DNA of 57,429 nt from Nemertoderma westbladi (Eukaryota; Animalia; Xenacoelomorpha): assembly GCA_032718475.1 (NCBI GenBank), contig JAUCBJ010009000.1, forward strand, positions 1-57,429. Reading direction: 5' to 3'. The notes beneath the pieces were generated by a model. The model did no database searches and was not told the DNA's origin. It was given only the letters and a program-made list of their open reading frames with translations. Within the stretch, counting starts at the first letter, position 1. The number at the start of each line of letters is the position of its first letter. Of this stretch, positions 1 through 8,360 are shown piece by piece. Both the position numbers and the translations under genes were made by a program.

Positions 1-679
1 AAAACTAAATAAATGATTATTAGATTGTAAAACTTCGGTTTATATGGTTGCTTTAATACAGCAGAGTGACTTACAGTGAGGAATATAGTAGCTTCGTGTA
101 ACAGATGCAACGTGTACAGATAAATTTATTACATTAGCGTGAGTTAGAGAGTGAAATAGCAGTAACGTGTAACAGATGCAACGTAATCAATGCTAGCTCT
201 GTCATTCTAACTTATATTCAACTTAGTTGATCGATCAGTTACAACGATAAAAGAAATTGATTATTATTAATAGTCGAATTAATGTATTCTACGCTATAGT
301 AATTATGTTAAGGAACTAGAAGCTATTTATAAACATCTGCTACCGGTGATGAAGATGAAGAATTCAATGACTATGGTATAACTCAGATATTTATCGCCTT
401 TTTCTCTCGAGGTTGGATGGGGGAGTGAGTGGAGGAATGTGGGGAGTTATAATGGTCCCGAGTTCGAACCCTGTTGAATATTTTGTTATCTGAAAAATTG
501 CAAAATTAAATTTAGTTACTGGTGAAAAATAGTAGAAGTTACCTGTAGACACCTCTAGCGTCTGTAAAATAAAGGTTGGTAAATATGAAAATACTGGTTG
601 GTGAAAAATAGCGATTTGAAAAATAGTAGAAGTTACCTGATGCTAAGTGTAGACACTCGAACACCTGTAAAATAAAGGC

Positions 680-895
680 TTATGATTGGACGGATGAGTA
701 GCGTTGGGGGACTAATAACGCCTCTAGCGGAAGATGCGGGAACTTGAGAAGTTGCCATGGTTACGGATTAAATGCTGACATCTGATTGGTTGAAATAATA
801 ACGACCACCGCTAAAGGTTGAAATAGTGGCTTCTGATTGGACAGAGTACCAGAAATGGACGGTAATGATGGGCTACGGGTGACCATGGCCGGGTG
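680..895. promoter_or_regulatory. Promoter-like motif cluster (three reverse CCAAT boxes, RFX X-box-like palindrome)
   Basis: TGATTGG occurs at ~683, ~784 and ~834. GTTGCCATGGTTAC (RFX X-box-like) is at ~751-764. GC content is locally higher than the flanks. No linked gene identified. Confidence 0.3.
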
Positions 896-914
896 TCATA
901 GTATCTTATACTAC

Positions 915-2311
915 TCACGTATACTTACCCACACCCACACACCTACCTAAGCACACCTAGTTAAACGCACCCACCTAAGCACATCGACTTAACCGCACCC
1001 ACCCACCCACATAAGCACGTGTACTTAACCACATCAACCCACCCACCCACCTAAGCACGTATACTTACCCGCACCCACCTCCTACCTAAGCACACACAAT
1101 TAACCGCACCCACCTAAGCACGTATACTTAAGCATACCCGCCCACCCACCCACCTAAGCACGTTTACTTAACCACACCCACCCACCCACCTAAGCACATC
1201 GACTTAACGGCACCCACCCACCCACCTAAGCACACCTCCTTAACCGCACGTGTACTTAACCGCAAACAATCAACCAACCCACCTAAGCACGTCTACTTAA
1301 CCGCACCCACCCACCCACCTAAGCACACCTACTTAACCGCACCCACCCACCTACATAAGAACGTCTACTTAACCGCACCCACCCACCCACCTAAGCACAC
1401 CTACTTAACCGCACCAACCCACCTACATAAGCACGTCTACTTAACCGCACCCACCCATCCTCCTAAGCACGTCTACTTAACCGCACCCACCCATCTACCT
1501 AAGCACAACTACTTAACTGCACCCACCTAAGCACATCGACTTAGCCGCACCCACCCACCCACCTAAGCACACCTACTTAACCGCACCCGGCCACCCACCC
1601 TCCTAAGCACATCGACTTAACCGCAAAGCACACCTACTTAACTGCACCCACCCACCAACCTAAGCACGTCTACTTAACCGCACCCACACACCAAACTAAG
1701 CACACCTACTTAACCGCACCCACCCACCTACATAAGAACGTCTACTTAACCGCACCCACCCACCCACCTAAGCACACCTACTTAACCGCACCAACCCACC
1801 TACATAAGCACGTCTACTTAACCGCACCCACCCATCCTCCTAAGCACGTCTACTTAACCGCACCCACCCATCTACCTAAGCACAACTACTTAACTGCACC
1901 CACCTAAGCACATCGACTTAGCCGCACCCACCCACCCACCTAAGCACACCTACTTAACCGCACCCGGCCACCCACCCTCCTAAGCACATCGACTTAACCG
2001 CACCCACCCACCAACCTAAGCACGTCTACTTAACCGCACCCACCCACCCACCTAAGCACACCTACTTAACCGCACCCACCCACCTACATAAGAACGTCTA
2101 CTTAACCGCACCCACCTAAGCACACCTACTTAACCGCACCAACCCACCTACATAAGCACGTCTACTTAACCGCACCCACCCATCCTCCTAAGCACGTCTA
2201 CTTAACCGCACCCACCCATCTACCTAAGCACAACTACTTAACTGCACCCACCTAAGCACATCGACTTAGCCGCACCCACCCACCCACCTAAGCACACCTA
2301 CTTAACCGCAC
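915..2311 (+). repeat. Minisatellite, ~28-36-bp unit (CCTAAGCACACCTACTTAACCGCACCCACCCACCCA) with ~360-380-bp higher-order triplication
   Basis: The tandem units are directly visible. The diagnostic variant CATAAGAACG recurs at 1354, 1731 and 2087 (spacing 377 and 356). Confidence 0.95.
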
Positions 2312-2640
2312 CGCTTTGCGGTTAAGTACACGTGCTTAGGTGGGTGGGTGGGTGCGGTTAAGTAGACGTGTTTAGGTGGGTGCGGGTAAGTAGACGTGCT
2401 TAGGAGGGCGGGTGGGTGCGGTTAAGTAGGTGTGCTTAGGTGGGTGGGTGGGTGCGGTTAAGTCGATGTGCTTAGGTGGGTGGGTGTGGTTACCTAGACG
2501 TGCTTAAGTTGGTGGGTGGGTGCGGTTAAGTAGACGTGCTTAGGAGGGTGGGTGGGTGCAGTTAAGTAGTTGTGCTTAGGTAGGTGGGAGGGTACGTGTA
2601 AGTAGGTATGTAGGAATGGGTATGTATAGTTAAGTACAGT
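2312..2640 (-). repeat. Same minisatellite in inverted orientation (fold-back arm)
   Basis: After the junction ...CTTAACCGCACCGCTTTGCGGTTAAG..., units read TGCTTAGGTGGGTGGGTGGGTGCGGTTAAGTAG, the reverse complement of the left arm. The arm degenerates towards 2640. Confidence 0.92.
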
Positions 2641-2660
2641 AGGTGTGTAATGATACAGTA

Positions 2661-2687
2661 GGTGGGTGGGGGGGGGGGGGGGGGGGG
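2661..2687 (+). repeat. Poly-G tract (G-quadruplex-prone)
   Basis: GGTGGGT is followed by ~20 G. Confidence 0.85.
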
Positions 2688-2783
2688 TAAGTTTAGCAAC
2701 TATTAAGTAGTATTACCACTTCTCCATAAGGTAGACAGCTGTATGTTTACAGTATAGAACGGTCGTAAAGTAGAGGCATCCCA

Positions 2784-5700
2784 TTGGATGCTATTTATAG
2801 ATCCATACCCCTTTTCTTTCCCCCTCTTCCCCCTTTTCTTACGCGCGCTTACCCCCAGCACAGAGAAGATCTTCCCCCAGCTCGCGCGCAACAAACGCCC
2901 AAATTATCGCTTATTCACTTCAATGCACGAAGTCTGAATGCCAACTTTGATAAAATAACACAACTCCTTGATAATATTGACCCAAAATTTAATTTAATTG
3001 GCATCTCTGAAACGTGGCTTGAGGATGATGATAGTGATACCACTAAACAATTTAAGCTACCCAACTATACTCTCTACTCAAATTCCCGCTCAACTACAAC
3101 AGGTGGAGGTGTAGCACTTTATGTACAGAATGACATTTCAGTAAAAGTACGTAAGGATTTAAATCTACCTAAAAATATAACTTCAACTGAAGTATTATTC
3201 CTAGAAATACCTCGAGAAAAATCTAAAAATTTAATAGTTGGAGTTGTTTACCGTCCACCTGGCACCAACATAGAAGACACCATTAGCGCACTAAATACAC
3301 CACTAACAAAAATCAATACAGAAGACAAACCATGTTTTATAATGGGAGATTTCAACGTTGACCTCCTAAAGACCAACACACACAATTTGACCTCTGACTT
3401 TTTTAGTTTTATGACATCCTTCAATTACCAACACTGTATATCTAAGCCTACTCGCATTACTGATACCTCAGCTACATTAATCGACAACATTTTCACCAAC
3501 GCCTCTTCCTCCAACATAAAATCAGGAATACTAATAGCATCTGTATCTGACCATTTACCGATTTTCACATTGATAGATACAGTTGCGTCTACAAAAAAAC
3601 CCAAATACATTCTGACAAGAAAGCTGCATAACATTGATAGACAACATGCTTTTAAATCTGAGCTACAAACAACTAACTGGAATGATATTTTTGAAAAGAC
3701 CAACCCTAATGATGCATATAATAGCTTCCTTGACAAATACAGTACAGTATTTAATGCTGCCTTCCCTATAGAGAAAATAAAAATAAAAAATCCATCTAAA
3801 CCTTGGCTTACAGACAGTCTGTTAAAATCAATACACAAACGAGACCGTCTCTTCGGAAAGTACATTAAACACCCAACCCCAACCAAGCTAAAAACATTTA
3901 AGACTTATCGTAATGCACTAGATAGTATAATTCGTACAGCTAAGAAAAATCATTTCAACAAGGTACTAGACTTGAAAAAAAACAACATTCGCAGCGTTTG
4001 GAGAGAAATAAGCACCCTAATACACAAATCGAAAGAACGTACAGCCCCTACTATGATCACACACAACTCCCGCACATACACGAAACCAACTGATATAGCA
4101 AACGCATTTAACGATTTCTTTACAAACATAGGCAAGAAAAAAGATTCAGAAATACAGACTATTCCAGGCTCACCTCTAGATTACTTAACACCACTAAACA
4201 ATCAGAACTACATAACATGTTTCACCTCTATCTTCCCAGCTGAAACAATATTAACTGCAAAATCGCTTAATAAAAATACCAGCCCAGGTTATGATTGTCT
4301 CCCTGCAAATACGATACAACCTAACATCGGTATTATAGCCAACCCACTTACACATATTATAAACCTGTCTCTAAGTTGTGGAATTGTGCCAGACAAAATG
4401 AAAACAGCCCGTGTTACCCCAATATACAAGGCTGACAATAGAACATTAGTTGAAAATTTCAGACCTATATCCGTTTTACCGTATTTCTCCAAAATTCTCG
4501 AAAAAATTGTTTACTCACAACTGAGCGACTATCTATTTAAACAAGCCATATTAACATCCGCACAATACGGTTTTAGAAACAAACGCTCGACAGTACATGC
4601 ACTACTGTACTACAGTATCTATAGTTGAGAACATAGCAACAGCTATGGACAATGGTGAATTTACAATAGCAGTATCTCTTGACTTATCTAAAGCCTTTGA
4701 CACTGTTAACCATAACATCTTACTACAAAAATTACACCACTATGGAATACGATCAGAAGCTCTCGCTTGGATTACAGACTATCTTACTGATAGAGAACAA
4801 TTTGTTGCAATAGGATCCGATCAATCAACGAAGCGAAAACTTAATATAGGATTACCCCAGGGATCGCTACTAAGTCCCCTCCATTTCATTGTTTACTGTA
4901 ACGATATTGTCAATGTCTCCGAAAAATTAAAATTTATATTATTTGCCGATGATACAAATATATTAACTAGCGACAATGATTTGCAGCAAATGATAACAGA
5001 AGTAAATATCCAACTGGAAAAACTTTCAGTTTGGTTCAAAATAAACAGACTATCACTAAATACTAAAAAATGTAACTATATAATATTCAGGACAAATAAT
5101 AAACAAGAAAACCTACTTAAAACTGGTAAAAATGCCATTAACATCAATGGTACACAAATTGAACAACACAAAGTTATCAAATTTCTAGGTGTCCTCATTG
5201 ATGAAAGATTAACATGGAAATCGCACTATCAAAACATTCGCATTAAACTAAGCAGAAACATAGGTATCCTGAACAAGGTAAAAAATTTCACAACACCACA
5301 CGTTCTGACTACACTCTACCATACCATAATAAACCCATACCTTCATTACTGTAATGCTATCTGGGCCTTTCAAGGTGGAAGCTCATATTCAGTACCTTTA
5401 CCAACCAACAATACTGCATCAAACCGGCCATACAAAAGAAAACGTAGGCATCATAATAGAGACAACCCGACAGCGACTATAGGAACTCTTCACCGTCTAC
5501 AGCAAAGGGCCAAACAAATTGTCATATCTAGGGGCAACATCAACTTTAACCCACTAACAATACAGTCAATTTTTATAAAGGAAGTGGGATCTTTATGTTA
5601 CAAATATACTCACAACATACTTCCCACTGACTTGTTTCCATCACTACTAAGATTTACAACATCTATCCATGACCACCAGACACGAAACTCTACAAACAAT

Positions 5701-5874
5701 AACTGTGACATTCCTCGCAAAAGACTGCAAATTGCAAAACAAGCAATCAGTGTACAGGCACCAACGGTATGGAATAATATCCCAATAGCCATACGCCAAT
5801 CAGCAAGCTTCCTCTCATTCAAAAAAGAGCTTACAAATTTTCTTTCACTTTCCCAATCCTCAATATCATGTTAA
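2784..5874 (+). pseudogene. LINE ORF2 (AP endonuclease + reverse transcriptase), one frameshift at ~4605-4617
   Basis: APE motifs HFNARSL, ISETWL, GGGVALYV, VYRPP, MGDFNVD, LIDNIF and SDHLPI. RT motifs FRPISVL, QYGFR, DLSKAFDTV, GLPQGSLLSP, FADD and KFLGV, plus a C-terminal HxxxTR. ORFs 2784-4628 and 4597-5874 join once 10 inserted bp are removed. No ATG precedes the APE domain (the ORF track start is TTG). Confidence 0.92.
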
Positions 5875-6012
5875 GGGCCGAATTAAAATTAAAATTAATT
5901 TGGCCGAATTAAAATCCTCATATCCAGTTTTTATATTTTCTATTTCTAATGTACAGTATGTGTGCCATACAGTAGTTTTTAAATTTCTTTACTAGGCCTA
6001 CTGTAGGATTTA

Positions 6013-6085
6013 TATGTATGCTAATGTATGTTACTATATATGCTAATGTATGTTACTATATATGCTAATGTCTTGTTACTATGTA
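6013..6085 (+). repeat. 22-bp tandem repeat (~3 copies) in LINE 3' UTR
   Basis: TATATGCTAATGTATGTTACTA is repeated. Confidence 0.8.
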
Positions 6086-6330
6086 TGTCTGTATGTAGCT
6101 TTGTATCTGTAAATTAATATGCATTTTCTATCCTTAGCTCTATATAATCGTATGTAAATGTTAAACTATGTGAACTTGGTGGTTGTAATAATGGGTCTAC
6201 CCGATCAGCTGCCATCTTCACAGAGTTTCACTGCACACTTACGTTTCATACTCAATTATATGATACAATAACTAGGTTTTCTATTATTATTATGTATTTG
6301 TGCATGCTTCTCTGTGTCGAAATTACGTTA

Positions 6331-6355
6331 AAACATTAAACATTAAACATTAAAC
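6331..6355 (+). repeat. LINE 3' tandem tail (AACATTA)n
   Basis: AAACATTAAACATTAAACATTAAAC lies ~460 bp after the ORF2 stop. Confidence 0.75.
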
Positions 6356-6904
6356 TGTCCGACAGACCAGAAATCAACAAATTTTGAATGTTTTGGCATA
6401 GGCATGTTGAAATGAACTGTCTGACAGTCTAGAAATCAGTAGTCTGACAGTTTGAAGAAATACATGTACATAAAAAGTCATTAAAAGGACAACAAAAGTC
6501 ATTAAAAGGACAACAAATGTCATTATGCACAATTCGTAAAAAAAGGAGGACAAAAAAAGTCAAATAAAGGGACATGAAAAATCACTGCCTTATTTATATT
6601 ACTACTCAGTAGTACTGCAGTACTGTATCACACTAGGCCTACTGCTGTACCGGTACTGTATGAAACTCAAAGGTTAGATCAGTAGATCTCCCATCTTTCC
6701 TGCTACCGGTAAGCCATAAGCCTATACTATACTACAGTACCAGAGTACTATACCTGTATACAGCTATTAGCAATTTCAAATTATTCTAAAGTACCGTAAC
6801 AAAAATTAGCCTACTGGCCTACTGTAAATGACAGTTTGGACTTAGCCTACGGTACCTTGCAGCCTTGCTTTAACAGTTTAGCCCTGTAAGCTGTAACCTG
6901 TTAT

Positions 6905-7180
6905 GTTAACTGACTTATATTTTTCCAGAGGTTATTTAATCGACTTAGGCCTACCGGTAATATTTTTCCTGAGGTAGGCCTAACTTAATTGACTTACCAT
7001 ACTATTTTTCCAGATGTGACTTAATTGAGGTAATATTCAGATATTTTCCAGAAGTGCGCCTATCAATAGGGGGCCTACGCCTACATACGGCTGTACGGTA
7101 ATGTAATTGTAATACCGGTACGCGGTACCTGAATACAATACTCTGATACTTGACTTAATCAGTTAATATTTTTCCAGATG
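6905..7180 (+). repeat. Degenerate short tandem repeat (core TATTTTTCCAGA...ACTTAATTGACTT) interrupted by footprint-like insertions
   Basis: A TATTTT(T)CC(A/T)GA core occurs at ~6918, 6961, 7003, 7043 and 7167, with related spacer sequence. Confidence 0.55.
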
Positions 7181-7597
7181 CCAGAGGTGCCAGCTGCCAG
7201 GGTGCCTGAAAAGAGAGAAATAAGTATGGCCGCAATCAGCCACCGTAGAATATGCTGATATGACTCACTTGCGGCTTGCGCCAAGCAGCCAAGCGCATTT
7301 TTCCATGTGCCTGTCAGCCTGTGGCACTTTAGTCTGCTAGTTCCTGATATCAATAATTATCAAAAAATTTGGTACCCCTATCTTATCTACCAAAGTTTAG
7401 ACCCATTTTTTGATGACATTTGATGTGCGAATCCAGTTGAAATTCGAAAAAGGTTTTTTCGGATCGCAAATGTTTATTTCTGTATTTATTCATTATCACC
7501 CATATACTGATATACCTGTAGGCCTACTGCCTACATCTACATACTGACATAGGCCTATAGGTACAATATTACAATATCTGAACATATAAGTTTAGAC

Positions 7598-8159
7598 CCC
7601 GTATGCTAAGTGATTTTTTTGTGCGCCGAACGCGACGCGGCGCAGAAAAAAATGTGCGCCTGCGCAGTCGAAAACAGTGCAAAATCCGCGTGCGCAGCAG
7701 AAAAACTGCGCGAGATTGGCGCGCGCAGCAGAAATTCTGCGCGAGATTGGCGCGCACAGCAGAAATACTGCGCGAAATCTCCTACCACGTACCTGCCTGC
7801 CTACTGCTGTACTGGCCTAAAGCACACCAAGCAGCCAAGTAGCAAGTAGGAGGCTTATTATTTCAGTATTTCTTACAGTCTTATCTGTATTGCAGTATTG
7901 TCATTACCCTGTTACCGGTAGTCAGCAGACTGCCAGGGGTAGCGGGTAGGTCTACTTACCGGTACTGACTTAGTGCTGTAGTGCAAGTCTGAGCCGTGCT
8001 ATAAATTTTCTGCGCCTGCGCCTGTAGCGCCGCGCTCTAAATTTTCTGCGCCTGCGCGCTGCGCGGCGCTGCGCTCTCAATTTTCTGCGCCTGCTCCAAA
8101 TTATGGAAAAAATTGTGCGCCGAACGCGTTCGGCGTACATGCCCTACTTAGCAGAATGG
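7598..8159. mobile_element. CpG-rich MITE-like non-autonomous DNA transposon (hAT-like)
   Basis: Flanked by the 8-bp direct repeat GTTTAGAC (7590-7597 and 8160-8167). Imperfect 14-bp TIRs: CCCGTATGCTAAGT vs revcomp CCATTCTGCTAAGT (11/14). GCGC-rich subterminal repeats face in opposite orientations at the two ends. An 18-bp perfect palindrome CGCCGAACGCGTTCGGCG lies near the right end. Confidence 0.65.
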
Positions 8160-8360
8160 GTTTAGACCACCCTAGTAGTACATAATGGTAGTACCCCGTA
8201 CATCTGTACATACTTCTGTAGGACTACTTACGCATACGCACTGTGGACTGAGGACTGGTACAGTGCAGCAGTGGTAGGTCCTGAATGCAAGTGGAAAATA
8301 ATTGGAAAATAATTTCCGAGACCAGTTACCGGACCGGTATTCCAGTATTCCTACTGAAGA

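Larger units (their letters stand above)
2784..6355 (+). mobile_element. Non-LTR retrotransposon (CR1 group; Crack/L2-like LINE), probably 5'-truncated, no ORF1 visible
   Basis: APE endonuclease and RT ORF2, followed by an AT-rich 3' UTR ending in a (AACATTA)n tandem tail at ~6331-6355, typical of CR1-group 3' ends. No TSD found, so the 5' boundary is uncertain. Confidence 0.9.

Noticed and set aside
453-473. tRNA T-arm/B-box-like GGTCCCGAGTTCGAACCCTG
   Set aside because: No A-box or cloverleaf could be built. At most a SINE remnant.
95-680. Local duplications (CGTGTAACAGATGCAACGT x2; GAAAAATAGTAGAAGTTACCTG...TGTAAAATAAAGG x2)
   Set aside because: Short imperfect duplications with no assignable function or element boundaries.
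3425-5822. Antisense ORFs within the LINE (and similar short overlapping ORFs within UHRF1)
   Set aside because: Shadow ORFs of long coding frames, with no motifs.
7569-7849. Short Arg/Ala-rich ORFs on both strands
   Set aside because: By-products of the GC-rich 31-bp repeats of the MITE-like element.
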